Shown in pieces: positions 17,701 through 28,087 of a stretch of DNA of 64,000 bases. Source of the DNA: a bacterium (GTDB taxonomy: Bacteria; UBA8248). Below the pieces are notes generated by a model. That model was not told the DNA's origin, searched no databases, and saw only the letters and a list, made by a program, of their open reading frames with translations. Each line of letters opens with the position of its first letter. The first letter of the stretch is position 1. The position numbers were made by a program, and so were the translations under genes. Where the stretch lies: NCBI GenBank assembly GCA_965204535.1, contig CBDBEV010000001.1, positions 2,432,001 to 2,496,000 on the forward strand. Reading direction: 5' to 3'.

Positions 17701-19674
17701 ATGAATGCGAAGATCTTCTGGCTGTTCGCCTTCGTCGTGCTCTATTGGGCCTACTGCATTTTCTGGGGCATCAAGTGCGCGAGGATGGCGAGAACGGCCG
17801 GCGACTATTTCATTGCGGGTCGCCAGCTATCCATGTGGGTGTTCGTCCTGGCGGCGACGGCGACGTCGTTTTCCGGGTGGACGTTCATGGGACACCCGGG
17901 ACTCATCTATCGAGACGGGTTCCAGTACGCCTACGCTTCGTTCTACACCATCACCATTCCCTTTACCGGGGTGATATTCCTGAAGCGCCAGTGGATGCTG
18001 GGCAAACGCTACGGATACGTCACGCCCGGTGAAATGTTCGCCGACTACTTCCAGGGCGACGCCATCCGCATCCTCACGGTGATCGTGGCCATGTTGTTCT
18101 CGATTCCCTACCTCGGCGTTCAGCTCGGGGCTTCGGGCTTCTTGTTCAACGTGCTGACCGACGGCGTATTCAGCGTAAACGTGGGCATGTGGCTGCTCTC
18201 GGCCGTCGTGCTCATCTACGTGGCAGCCGGGGGTCTGCGCGCCGTGGCCTACGTGGATACGCTCCAGTGCATTCTGCTTGCGCTGGGCATCGTCATCACC
18301 GGCTTTATCGCGCTCAGCATCGCTGGCGGATGGGGTGCGCTGAACGAGGGCCTCGCCAAGCTGGCGGCCTCCCCGGTGGGCAAGTGGGGAACGACGAAAG
18401 GATACGGCGGCGGCGACTACAACGCCTATTTCGCCATCCCTGGCGTCATCCAGTTCACAGCCGGCCTGGGCAAGCAGACGCCCGTGGGTGGTCTGTGGAC
18501 GGGCATCATGTGCCTGACCTACATGTTCGCGCTCATGGGGATTCAGTCTTCCCCGGCGTTCTCCATGTGGGCGTTCTCGAACAACAACCCGCGCCCCTTC
18601 GCGCCCCAGCAGGTCTGGGCGTCTTCGGCGGGCATCGGGTTCATCCTGTTCTTCTTCACCGCGTCCCAGGGAATGGGCGCGCACCTTCTCGGCGCGAACC
18701 CGGCGGTGACCAAGGCGGGTCTGGCGATATCGGACGTGCTGGCCGCGTCCATTGCGAAAAAGCCCGACTCGCTGGTTCCGTATTATTTCAACTACATTGC
18801 GGATGCGGCGCCGTGGCTGGTCGGACTACTGGCCGTCTGCGCCCTGGCCGCCATGCAGTCTACGGGCGCGGCGTACATGTCCACGGCGGGCGGCATGCTC
18901 ACCCGCGATCTCTACAAGAGATATCTGAACCCCGGCGCCTCGCATGAAACCCAAAAGGTGGCGGGACGGATAGGCGTTTTGATCATCGTGGTCTCTGCGC
19001 TCCTTGTGGCGACGTTCTCGAGAGACGCGCTCGTGTTGCTTGGAGGACTCGCCGTCGCCTTCGGCTTCCAGATGTGGCCGGCGCTGGCGGCGGTGTGCTG
19101 GATGCCGAAAATCACGAGGCAAGGCGCCACGTGGGGATTGGCGGCGGGTCTTTTGGCCGTTATCTTCACGGAAAACTTCGGCCTCACGATTCTCAAGGGA
19201 ATCGGCATCGACGTCTGGGGCCGCTGGCCGTGGACGATTCACTCCGCCGGCTGGGGCATCATCTTCAACGTGGCGGTCTGCTGGATCGTCTCCGCGCAAA
19301 CGCAGGACGCGGCGGCGGCGGCGCACCGGCAGAAGTATCACGACTTCCTGGCCGAGCACGCTTCGCTCTCGCCGGAGAAACAGGGCCTCGTCCCCATGGC
19401 GTGGGGCGTTACGCTGGCCTGGATGTTCTTCGGCATCGGCCCGGGTGCCGTTATCGGCAACTGGATTTTCGGCGCCCCGAACGCTGGTTACGCGGCATGG
19501 ACTTTCGGCATACCCTCCATTTGGGCCTGGCAGATTCTATTCTGGGCCCTTGGCGTCGGCATGATGTGGCTGCTCGCCTACAAGATGGAGATGTCGACGG
19601 TGCCCGAGACGGAGATCGAGGCGCTCGTGGAGGACATCGGCGACGTGGCTGCGCAGCAGGCGGGATCGTCCTAG
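17701..19674 (+). CDS. Sodium:solute symporter (SSS) family transporter
   Basis: DYFIAGR, ATSFSGWTFMGHPG, GGLRAVAYVDTLQ, AAMQST; AGGAGG RBS. Confidence 0.92.
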   Translation: MNAKIFWLFAFVVLYWAYCIFWGIKCARMARTAGDYFIAGRQLSMWVFVLAATATSFSGWTFMGHPGLIYRDGFQYAYASFYTITIPFTGVIFLKRQWMLGKRYGYVTPGEMFADYFQGDAIRILTVIVAMLFSIPYLGVQLGASGFLFNVLTDGVFSVNVGMWLLSAVVLIYVAAGGLRAVAYVDTLQCILLALGIVITGFIALSIAGGWGALNEGLAKLAASPVGKWGTTKGYGGGDYNAYFAIPGVIQFTAGLGKQTPVGGLWTGIMCLTYMFALMGIQSSPAFSMWAFSNNNPRPFAPQQVWASSAGIGFILFFFTASQGMGAHLLGANPAVTKAGLAISDVLAASIAKKPDSLVPYYFNYIADAAPWLVGLLAVCALAAMQSTGAAYMSTAGGMLTRDLYKRYLNPGASHETQKVAGRIGVLIIVVSALLVATFSRDALVLLGGLAVAFGFQMWPALAAVCWMPKITRQGATWGLAAGLLAVIFTENFGLTILKGIGIDVWGRWPWTIHSAGWGIIFNVAVCWIVSAQTQDAAAAAHRQKYHDFLAEHASLSPEKQGLVPMAWGVTLAWMFFGIGPGAVIGNWIFGAPNAGYAAWTFGIPSIWAWQILFWALGVGMMWLLAYKMEMSTVPETEIEALVEDIGDVAAQQAGSS

Positions 19675-19754
19675 ACGAGACCGCAATGATGTAGGCATCA
19701 CCATGCGGGGGAGGGGTATGTGTCCCTCCCCCGCGTTGTTTTTCCGCCGCCCTG

Positions 19755-20003
19755 ATGGCTGAACGACCGATGGCTGAACTGTTCACCGCAAAATACATGC
19801 TGCTATGGGTTATTGCGCTGGCCGCCGCGCTGTTTCTGCCCGTGCGCCAACTCATCTGGGTGCTCTACGTCAGGCGGGCGGAGAGAGACGGTTCCGAAAC
19901 CTCGGACGAGGAACGCCTCGCACTCAAAAATCGCGCCGGAATGACGGCGGTGCTGCTCTGCTTCGTTTTCTCCTATTTCTATATGAACCATCTTTTCAGG
20001 TAG
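19755..20003 (+). CDS. Small two-TM hypothetical protein
   Basis: Two hydrophobic helices; lies between SSS and TPR genes. Confidence 0.65.
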   Translation: MAERPMAELFTAKYMLLWVIALAAALFLPVRQLIWVLYVRRAERDGSETSDEERLALKNRAGMTAVLLCFVFSYFYMNHLFR

Positions 20004-20008
20004 TCCTG

Positions 20009-20620
20009 ATGAATCCGCGCGTGCTCAAGCGCTTCATCAAAAACATGGCGATCCTCATTTTCGTCATGTTCTCCGCGTGGGCGTTGTGGGAGATGTACGC
20101 CAAGGAAGCGCCGGGGGATTACGCCACCCGCGAGGGCGACATCCGGCTCACCGAGGGGAACTACGAGGAGGCGCTCGCGAGTTTCAACCGGGCGCTGCGC
20201 GAAAGGCCGAACCACCGCGGCGCGCTGATGGGCCGCGCGCTGGTGTACATCAAGACGAAGCAATACGGGGAGGCTTCGGCCGAACTCACCTATCTCATCG
20301 ACTATCTCAGAAAAAATCTCGAACCCGACGACCCGACAGGCGCAGGCGTCATGGCGGCGGCATACGCCAACCGGGGCATCGTCCACGACACGAAGGGCCG
20401 CTACAAGGAAGCGCTTGCCGATTACATCGAAGCGCTCAGGACCGACGAGGGAGCGCTGGACGGGCCCGGAATCATCGACAAGGTGATCTACGGCACGCCG
20501 AACCCGTCCACGGTGCGCAAGCGCGCGATATACCTGAAAGAACAACTCGCCCTTCCGCCGGAAAAACGCCTGTTGCGCGTGCAAGAGATCGACGCGGCGC
20601 AGCGGATGCACAAACCCTGA
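20009..20620 (+). CDS. Membrane-anchored TPR protein
   Basis: N-terminal TM; GNYEEALASFNRAL, AYANRGIVH...GRYKEALADY repeats. Confidence 0.85.
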   Translation: MNPRVLKRFIKNMAILIFVMFSAWALWEMYAKEAPGDYATREGDIRLTEGNYEEALASFNRALRERPNHRGALMGRALVYIKTKQYGEASAELTYLIDYLRKNLEPDDPTGAGVMAAAYANRGIVHDTKGRYKEALADYIEALRTDEGALDGPGIIDKVIYGTPNPSTVRKRAIYLKEQLALPPEKRLLRVQEIDAAQRMHKP

Positions 20621-20663
20621 AGTCTATACGGAAACGATTTGGCGATTCAGCGGGCGTGACGCC

Positions 20664-20864
20664 CTAGAAACGCACGATGCCGAGAACGTCCTGGAACAGG
20701 ACCAGAAAGAAGAATACCGCGGCGATGCAGCCGAAGAGCAGGTGGACGAAATCGGCTCCCCCGTCGGGGTTTTTCGTGCGGATGGCCTTGATGGCGATGA
20801 AGCCCGTGACGAACAAGAAGATGAAGTTCACGGCTTGCTGGTTCTCGCCTGCGAAATCGAACAT
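20664..20864 (-). CDS. Small two-TM hypothetical protein
   Basis: GAGG RBS; two hydrophobic helices around KNPDGGADF. Confidence 0.6.
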   Translation of the reverse strand: MFDFAGENQQAVNFIFLFVTGFIAIKAIRTKNPDGGADFVHLLFGCIAAVFFFLVLFQDVLGIVRF

Positions 20865-20895
20865 GACCAACCTCGGCTTGGAAGTTGAATCCACG

Positions 20896-21411
20896 CTATC
20901 TGTTGTAGCGGCCCGGTGCCAGAGACGTATCCTCTATATTGCGCTCCTTCTCCGTCGCCTTTATTTCTTTTTTCTCGAAGTAGGGCGGCAGGAAAGAGGT
21001 GCTCTCCCCGGCGACGAGGTGACTCAGCCAGACGATGCCGGTCATGATCGACACCATGAGGGTGGCGGTCACGATGAAGCGCTTGATATCAGCGGGGAGT
21101 TTTTTGCCGTAATCCTTGTCGTACCTGTGATAGGCGGGATCATTCTCATCCAGCTCACCCTGTTTATCGAGGGCGAGTATCTGGTGTGCATGGCGGCGCG
21201 CCCAGAAGGGCACCTGATCGTAAAGCATATACGCCATGAAGAGTTGATTGATGAGTTCTTCTGACATCTCCTCGCCGTACCATTCGCTGTAGGCGAGTTG
21301 CAGGAACTGGAACTCTCCCACCTGCAGCAGATTCGCCGCCTTGGCGACTTCGGCGCGCTGGGCGCTTTCCTCCCGATCGGGACGGATGAGCGTCTGAAAG
21401 AAAGTCACCAT
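20896..21411 (-). CDS. Hypothetical protein with C-terminal TM helix
   Basis: Protein-like composition (GEFQFLQLAY, VPFWARRHA); upstream TTGACG-N17-TAGGCT at 21475-21503. Confidence 0.65.
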   Translation of the reverse strand: MVTFFQTLIRPDREESAQRAEVAKAANLLQVGEFQFLQLAYSEWYGEEMSEELINQLFMAYMLYDQVPFWARRHAHQILALDKQGELDENDPAYHRYDKDYGKKLPADIKRFIVTATLMVSIMTGIVWLSHLVAGESTSFLPPYFEKKEIKATEKERNIEDTSLAPGRYNR

Positions 21412-21573
21412 GTCGATTCCCCGACAAATTGAGTTCTCAGCGGCATTTGCGTTGAAGACCAAAGATGCACCGCCAGCCTAAGCCCTTTGCCAGCCTGCGT
21501 CAATTTTGCGTTTGGAGGGAGATTTTCGCACAAAAGAACGTGCCCGGCGATAGCCATCGTGTTGGATGATGTG

Positions 21574-23190
21574 CTACTTGACGGTCTCTTTTTTTGCTTC
21601 CTCGACTTCCTGTGGAAAGAGCGCGGCGTGGGTCTCCTCGAAAAGGTGTTTCCCCACGGCGAGTTGCATGGTGGCGGGCATGACCTTTTTCGCCAACCTG
21701 ATCATTTGCGTGGATTTATCGCGAATGTCCCACTGGGCGTGGGGGTCTTCCCTGAGCCTCGATACGTGGTAGAGCTCGCGCGCGTTCGATGAGAACAGCA
21801 CGCGCCGTTTGTGCGCGTTCGTGAGCACGTAGGGGGCGGCCAGCGGGGTTTGCTCGGCGATTTTCTCGTACGCGGCGTTGGTTTCATCCACGGCGGCCTG
21901 AAACTCGGGCGTCGCGCCCGCCTCGGGGATAGCCGAGGGCACCGTCACGCCCAGAGAGATGTCATAGGGCTGGGTGTTCAGGGTAGACATGCGGTGGCGT
22001 TTTAACTGCCCGAAACAAGCGGCGGAGAGCGTCACCTCGAATACGCAGCGCACGTTCTCGAATTCGCGGAGCACGGCGTCGTGTCCGCGCATGAGGCGGA
22101 ACGTGGAGGCGATGAAGCGCGCGCGCTCATCCTCGCTCATCTCTTTGGCTGCCGCCTTACAATGCGACATTGTTTTCCCTGAGGATGAATGGAGGAGCGC
22201 CGCGGCGATGAGCGCGTCCGCGTCCGGGGTGACGTCGATCAAGGAGACGTCTTTTTCCTCGGCGATGGGCGGAGCCGGCTCGATTCCTTCGTCCAAACGC
22301 CTGATGATGTCCGAAGTCTCCTCCCTGAGCGCCGCCCGGGTGTGGGTGTTGTATTCGGTGGGGTCGGTGTATTTCACCAGAGAGGGCGCGACGCCCTCGA
22401 CGCATTCATACAGACGGCGCGCGTATTCCCTGATTTCCGCGAGGGGATGTGAAGCGCAGCGGCAGATGACGTGTTCGAGGCTCCTCGCGCTGAGCGTCAT
22501 GCCGATTTGCGATTCCGTGGCGAAGGAGACGATGTAGCGCGCGTCCTCCTTGGCCCAGCCCTCCAGCGTCTTGTGGTTTCTCTTCTTCGCGGCGAGTTCG
22601 GGGTTTTTCTCGAACACCCAGGGCCTGAGCTTCTCGTACAGCGCGTGATAGCAGGCGTTCTGGGCCTTTATCGTCTGGATGAAAAGGCTCCTCATGCCCG
22701 CTTTTTCGATTTCCTCAGGGATCACGAAATCATCTTCTAACAGGATGTAGCGCTGGCTCTTCTCGGTGTAGGCCAGAAGCCTGAACTTCTGAATCTCCTC
22801 CACCGCGTAACGGCTCACGCCGATGACGTCGATGTTGAAGCTCGCGTGCTCAGCCACGGAGCTGTGCCCGTAGCCGAAGATGATGGTCTGGTTGCTCTTT
22901 CGCGCCTTTTCCACCTCTTCGCGCGCGATGGCGCGGAGTTCGTCGATGGGCCGCGGATCGCGGCTGATGCGCGCGTAGGACGCGCTGATGGGCTCGGGCG
23001 TCAGGTTGTCGCGTTCGAGAAAATCGGCGGCCCTGCGTTGGAGTTCCGCCGCCTGCGCGCGCAGTTCGGCCTCGCTCATGGCGTCGAGGCGGCTCTCCTC
23101 CCAGCCGTGGGCGGCGGGCTCGATGATCTCTTTTTTCATCTGGCGGAGTACGTCGACGTCGACGTTGTGACCGGCGAGAACGATGCGCAT
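21574..23190 (-). CDS. thyX: FAD-dependent thymidylate synthase, tandem-domain type
   Basis: YGHSSVAEH, YTEKSQRY, EDARY in the N-half; QLKRHR, NARELYH, HAQWDIR in the C-half. Confidence 0.85.
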   Translation of the reverse strand: MRIVLAGHNVDVDVLRQMKKEIIEPAAHGWEESRLDAMSEAELRAQAAELQRRAADFLERDNLTPEPISASYARISRDPRPIDELRAIAREEVEKARKSNQTIIFGYGHSSVAEHASFNIDVIGVSRYAVEEIQKFRLLAYTEKSQRYILLEDDFVIPEEIEKAGMRSLFIQTIKAQNACYHALYEKLRPWVFEKNPELAAKKRNHKTLEGWAKEDARYIVSFATESQIGMTLSARSLEHVICRCASHPLAEIREYARRLYECVEGVAPSLVKYTDPTEYNTHTRAALREETSDIIRRLDEGIEPAPPIAEEKDVSLIDVTPDADALIAAALLHSSSGKTMSHCKAAAKEMSEDERARFIASTFRLMRGHDAVLREFENVRCVFEVTLSAACFGQLKRHRMSTLNTQPYDISLGVTVPSAIPEAGATPEFQAAVDETNAAYEKIAEQTPLAAPYVLTNAHKRRVLFSSNARELYHVSRLREDPHAQWDIRDKSTQMIRLAKKVMPATMQLAVGKHLFEETHAALFPQEVEEAKKETVK

Positions 23191-23416
23191 GTGAAAGGCC
23201 GTTTCCCGAGCGGCGGGCGTTGCTTCTGGTTCATTGAATTTTTGGAAGCGCCATTATGAACCTTGAGCCCCGAAAGAACAAGCGGAAAGTTTCTGCAGAG
23301 CGCCCACGCTGTGTTTGCTCGTGGAGGCTTCACTCCTTAGTTGCGGTTTTTCAAGGGTTTTGGGATGATAATTCAATTTATTGCCGCTGACGGCCGGCGC
23401 GCATGGCGCGCCCCTC

Positions 23417-24778
23417 ATGAGAAAGAGGAGATTCGTGAGCTCTCTCATCGCCCGAACCATACCCGTTCTCATCATTCTTGCATCTTTCGGCTTGAACATC
23501 GTAGCCTCCGAAGCCGGGCGTCCACGCAAGCGGCCCCCGCCGATGGTGTCCGTAGCGAAGGTGATCGAACGCGAGGTGAGAAACCGCCTCACCGCCGTGG
23601 GCAGCGTGGCGCCTTACCGCCGCTCGGTCGTGAGCAGCGAGCTTGAGGGCCGCGTTCAGTCGGCCCCGCTCAAGGTGGGTGATCTCGTCCGCGCGAACAA
23701 GACGGTGCTCGCTACGGTGGGTCGCTCGGGGCTCCAGATTGACCTGCGCATCCTGCGCGCGGAACTCGAGAAGGCGCGCCAGGACCTCCTGCGCCTGGAA
23801 CGCGGAAAACGCCCCGAGGAAATCGCGGCGCTTCAGGCCAAGGTTCGCGAGCGCGAAGCGCAGATGAGAAACAACGAGCTTGAGTTGAACCGCGCGCGGG
23901 ATCTGTATGAGAAAAAAATTCTGGACAAGGCCAGCTATGATCGCGCCGAAGCCGCCTACGAGGCCAGTTGGCAGTTGTTCGAAGAGGCTTCCCGCAATCT
24001 GGAGATCGCCAGACTCGGCCCCCGGCGGGAGGAGAAGGCCCGCGCCAAGGCGGAAGTGGACAGGGTGCGGGCGCGCGTCGCCCGGGTGCGCGACGATCTG
24101 GCCAAGACGAAAATTCGCTCCCCGCTCACGGGTTTCATCACTCAGGAGTGGGTGGAGGTCGGCCAATGGCTCACCAAGGGGGGCCGCGTGGCCGAGGTCA
24201 TCGAACTCGACAAGGTGCTGGTGCAGGCCCCGATTGCGGAGCGGCGCATATCCTTGGTTCGGGTGGGCGATGAGGCGCGCGTCGTCATCGACGCTCTGGA
24301 GGGCCGGACGTTCAGGGGCCGGGTGCGCGGCGTCATCCCCAAGGCGGACCCCAAGAGCCGGACCTTCCCGGTGGAAGTAGAGATAACGAACACCGAATCC
24401 TACGATCTCAAGGCCGGCATGTTCGCCCGCCTGAGCCTCGAATACGGAAAGGCGGTCAGAATGGTTCTGGTGCCCAAGGACGCCATGATCTTGAGGGCGC
24501 GTGGGGCTTCTGTCTTCGTCTTCGAGAAAGGGCGCGTTCGCGAGGTTTCCTTCGCGCAGGGCAGAAGCGTGGATTCATTCATGGAGGTCACGGGCGGCGC
24601 GCTCAAGGCCGGCATGCAGGTGGTTGTGAAAGGTAATGAAAACTTGAGAGCCGGCATGCCCGTTCGTCTTCAGGGCCGGGGCGGCAGGCCCGGCGGAGGG
24701 CGCGGCGGCCCCCCGAGAGGCAGCCCTCGAAGAGGCAGAAAGCCCGCCGCTGATTCCCGGCGCGGAGCCGGTGGATGA
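23417..24778 (+). CDS. RND efflux membrane fusion protein
   Basis: VSSELEGRV, long helical hairpin, IRSPLTGFI, DPKSRTFPV, LKAGMF. Confidence 0.9.
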   Translation: MRKRRFVSSLIARTIPVLIILASFGLNIVASEAGRPRKRPPPMVSVAKVIEREVRNRLTAVGSVAPYRRSVVSSELEGRVQSAPLKVGDLVRANKTVLATVGRSGLQIDLRILRAELEKARQDLLRLERGKRPEEIAALQAKVREREAQMRNNELELNRARDLYEKKILDKASYDRAEAAYEASWQLFEEASRNLEIARLGPRREEKARAKAEVDRVRARVARVRDDLAKTKIRSPLTGFITQEWVEVGQWLTKGGRVAEVIELDKVLVQAPIAERRISLVRVGDEARVVIDALEGRTFRGRVRGVIPKADPKSRTFPVEVEITNTESYDLKAGMFARLSLEYGKAVRMVLVPKDAMILRARGASVFVFEKGRVREVSFAQGRSVDSFMEVTGGALKAGMQVVVKGNENLRAGMPVRLQGRGGRPGGGRGGPPRGSPRRGRKPAADSRRGAGG

Positions 24779-24895
24779 GGAACGCTTGGCCAAGGCTTGT
24801 TGAATAAGAGCAGAACCGTGAATGTGGCGGAACGGATATGAACACAGCTACACGCATCAGAAATTCGTAGTAAAGCCGCCGATGAAGGAGAGGGG

Positions 24896-27800
24896 ATGAA
24901 TCTGCCCCGTGCGAGCGTCAAATATCCCGTCACGACCACCGTCGGCGTCATTCTGGCGGTGCTCTTCGGCGCCATCAGCCTCTACCGGATTCCGGTGCAG
25001 ATGACGCCCACGGTCGACAGGCCCGTCATAACGGTGGAAACCGAATACAGCGGCGCCGCGCCGCTGGAGGTAGAAGAGGAGGTGACGAAGCCCAAAGAGG
25101 AGAAACTCACCTCGGTGGAGGGCCTCGACCGGATGACCTCGCGCAGCGAGGAGGGCAAATCCCGCGTCTTTCTCGAATTCGACTGGGACGTGGATAAGGA
25201 CGTGGCCCGCCTCGACGTCTCGGAGAAACTCGGTCTCGTGCGCGACCTACCGGATGATTCAGACCGCTCCACCGTCAACGCGCTCAACTCGGATTCCGAG
25301 AACCCCATCGCCTGGATAATCATCGAAACCAAACTTCCCATCAACGATGTTCGCGTAGAGGGAGACGCCGTCATCCGGCCGAAGCTCGAGCGCGTGGAAG
25401 GCGTGGGCCAGGTCTGGATGTTCGGCGGCCGAGACAGGGAGGTGCGCGTCACGCTCGATTACACGGCCATGAGCGCGCGCGGCATCACGGTCTCCGCCTT
25501 GAGAGAGGCACTGCGGCGCGAGAACAAGAACACCAAAGCGGGCAGGATCGACGAGGGCAAGCGCCGCTACGCGGTGCGAACGGTGGGCAACTTCACGCGC
25601 CTCGACCAGTTGCGCAACACCATCATCGCGCAAAACGGAAGCGGGGCCGTCTACCTGCGCGACGTGGCGAAGGTTTCCTTCGACTACGGCGACCCCACCC
25701 GCTACATTCGTATCCGGCGCGTGCCCACCATGGCTTTCGGGGTTTTGCGAAAGACGGGCGCGAACACCATCGAGGTGATGGCGGGGGTCAAGAAGGCGAT
25801 CGCCGAAGTCAACGAAATCTACGCGGGGCGCGGCATCAAACTCATGCAGGTCTATGACGAGACTGACTACATCCACCAGTCACGCTCCCTGGTGATCAAC
25901 AACATCTTCATAGGCGGCGCGCTTGCGATAGGCGTGCTGCTCCTGTTCCTGGGGAGTCTTTCGAGCGTGATGGTTATCGGCGTCGCCATCCCGGTCACCG
26001 TCGTCTCCACGTTCATCCTGATCTTCGTGCTGGATCGTTCCATCAACATCATTTCGCTTGCGGGCATGGCGTTCGCCGTCGGCATGGTGGTGGACAATTC
26101 CGTCGTCGTGCTGGAGAACATCTTCCGCCACCGCGAGATGGGAAAGAGCAAGTGGGACGCCGCCGTGGACGGCGCGCAGGAGGTCTGGGGGGCGGTGCTG
26201 GCCTCCACGCTGACCACGCTGGCTGTCTTCGTTCCCGTGGTGTTCGTCCAGGACGAATCGGGCCAGCTCTTCCGCGACATCGCCATCGCAATCAGCGTGG
26301 CCGTGGCACTCTCCCTCATCGTATCCATCTCTGTGGTGCCCATGCTGAGTTCGCGCATCTTGAGCGGCGCTGGGAAGATCTCACCGCTGGCCCACTTTTT
26401 CCGCATCCTCGGAGTATACGCGCTGGGGAGGTTTTGCCGGAGAATCTACGTGGGCGTCCTCTCCTGGCTGTTGCGCGGGGTGGTCCGCCGCCTGTTCGTG
26501 GCCACGGGCATCACGGCGGGCGCCGTCGCCCTGGCGGTGATGTTCTTCCCGCCCATCGACTATCTGCCCAAGGGCAACCGCAACCTCATATTCGCGTTCA
26601 TGCGCACGCCGCCGGGCCTGAACCTCGACGAGATGGACAGGATCGTGCGGATTCTGGAGACGCGGCTCGACCGAGTGGAGGAGATCGACCGGTTTTTCGC
26701 CGTGGCGCGCGCGCAGAACCCCATCATCGGCATGATCGCAAAGAAAGAACATTCCGATCTCGCCTCCATGCGGCGGCTCGTGCGCAAGTTGTTCGGAATG
26801 ATGCAGGGCATACCGGGGGTGCGCGCGTTTGTCACCCAGGCGTCGTTGTTCAGGCGGCGCGGCTCGGGCTTCATCGGCGGGATCAACTTACAGGTCGACA
26901 TCACGGGAGACAGCCTGAGCGAGATTCAGCGCATCGCCGCCGACGTGGGCGCCAGGGCGCGCGGGCTCGGGGGCGTGCGCTTCGTGAACTCGAGCTTCGA
27001 TTTGGGTAACCCCGAGCTCCAGGTGCACGTGGATCGCCAGAAAACGGCGGAATTCGGGCTGTCGGTCTCCGAGATCGGGAACGTCGTGGAAACGCTCGTG
27101 AACGGAACCAAGGCCGGTCTTTTCCGGGACCGCGGGGAGGAACTCGACATCGTCCTGCGCGGGCCGCTTTCGGATTTCACGAGAACGCAGCGGATCGAGG
27201 AGATCAAGCTGCATACGCCCGAGGGGCAGGTCGTTTCGCTCGGCGACATCGCCAGAGTAAGGGCGGCGCTCGGGCCAACGAAAGTCGAGCATATCGACCG
27301 CGACCGCTCCGTGTCGCTTACGGTCAACATCGGCGAGGAACTCCCGCTCCAGGATGCCATCGACAAGATGAAGCGGGAGGTCATCAACCCGATGCGCCAG
27401 ACGCTTCCGCTCGGCTATTCGCTGGACGTGAGCGGACGGGCGAAGGACCTGGAGCGGACCTGGGGGTCGCTTCAGTGGTCGCTGGTGCTCGCTGTCCTGA
27501 TCACCTATCTGCTGATGGCGGCCCTGTTCGAGGCGTGGAGCTACCCACTCATCATCATGTTCAGCGTGCCGTTCGCCGCAACGGGCGGCGTGCTGATGGT
27601 GAGCTTCATGAACTCGATAGAACCCTCGGTGAAGATGGACACGCTGACCATGTTGGGCTTCATCATTCTGACGGGCATCGTGGTGAACAACGCGATTCTG
27701 CTCGTCCACCAGGCGCTGAACCATTTCCGGGCCGGTCTGCCCATGCGCGAGGCGATTCTCGAGAGCGCGCGCGACAGGATGCGCCCCATCTTCATGACGA

Positions 27801-28087
27801 CCACGACGACCGTTCTCGGCATGCTACCGCTGGTGCTCGCCTCCGGCGCGGGCAGCGAACTCTACCGGGGGTTGGGATCGGCCGTCTTGGGCGGGCTGGC
27901 CATGTCCACGATCTTCACCCTGCTGCTGATACCGGTCGTTTTCTCGTTGTGGGTGGATTTCCTGGCGCTCATCCGGCCGGCCAGTTTCGCCGCTGCGCCG
28001 GCAGCTGCGCCGAGCGGGGCGAGCGGCGCGCCTTCTGAGCGCGTGAGACCGCGAAAATCCGTCAACCTCATCGAAGACGAGGACTAA
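24896..28087 (+). CDS. RND efflux permease (AcrB/AcrD/AcrF family)
   Basis: GMVVDNSVVVLENI, GIVVNNAILLV, RMRPIFMT. Confidence 0.95.
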   Translation: MNLPRASVKYPVTTTVGVILAVLFGAISLYRIPVQMTPTVDRPVITVETEYSGAAPLEVEEEVTKPKEEKLTSVEGLDRMTSRSEEGKSRVFLEFDWDVDKDVARLDVSEKLGLVRDLPDDSDRSTVNALNSDSENPIAWIIIETKLPINDVRVEGDAVIRPKLERVEGVGQVWMFGGRDREVRVTLDYTAMSARGITVSALREALRRENKNTKAGRIDEGKRRYAVRTVGNFTRLDQLRNTIIAQNGSGAVYLRDVAKVSFDYGDPTRYIRIRRVPTMAFGVLRKTGANTIEVMAGVKKAIAEVNEIYAGRGIKLMQVYDETDYIHQSRSLVINNIFIGGALAIGVLLLFLGSLSSVMVIGVAIPVTVVSTFILIFVLDRSINIISLAGMAFAVGMVVDNSVVVLENIFRHREMGKSKWDAAVDGAQEVWGAVLASTLTTLAVFVPVVFVQDESGQLFRDIAIAISVAVALSLIVSISVVPMLSSRILSGAGKISPLAHFFRILGVYALGRFCRRIYVGVLSWLLRGVVRRLFVATGITAGAVALAVMFFPPIDYLPKGNRNLIFAFMRTPPGLNLDEMDRIVRILETRLDRVEEIDRFFAVARAQNPIIGMIAKKEHSDLASMRRLVRKLFGMMQGIPGVRAFVTQASLFRRRGSGFIGGINLQVDITGDSLSEIQRIAADVGARARGLGGVRFVNSSFDLGNPELQVHVDRQKTAEFGLSVSEIGNVVETLVNGTKAGLFRDRGEELDIVLRGPLSDFTRTQRIEEIKLHTPEGQVVSLGDIARVRAALGPTKVEHIDRDRSVSLTVNIGEELPLQDAIDKMKREVINPMRQTLPLGYSLDVSGRAKDLERTWGSLQWSLVLAVLITYLLMAALFEAWSYPLIIMFSVPFAATGGVLMVSFMNSIEPSVKMDTLTMLGFIILTGIVVNNAILLVHQALNHFRAGLPMREAILESARDRMRPIFMTTTTTVLGMLPLVLASGAGSELYRGLGSAVLGGLAMSTIFTLLLIPVVFSLWVDFLALIRPASFAAAPAAAPSGASGAPSERVRPRKSVNLIEDED

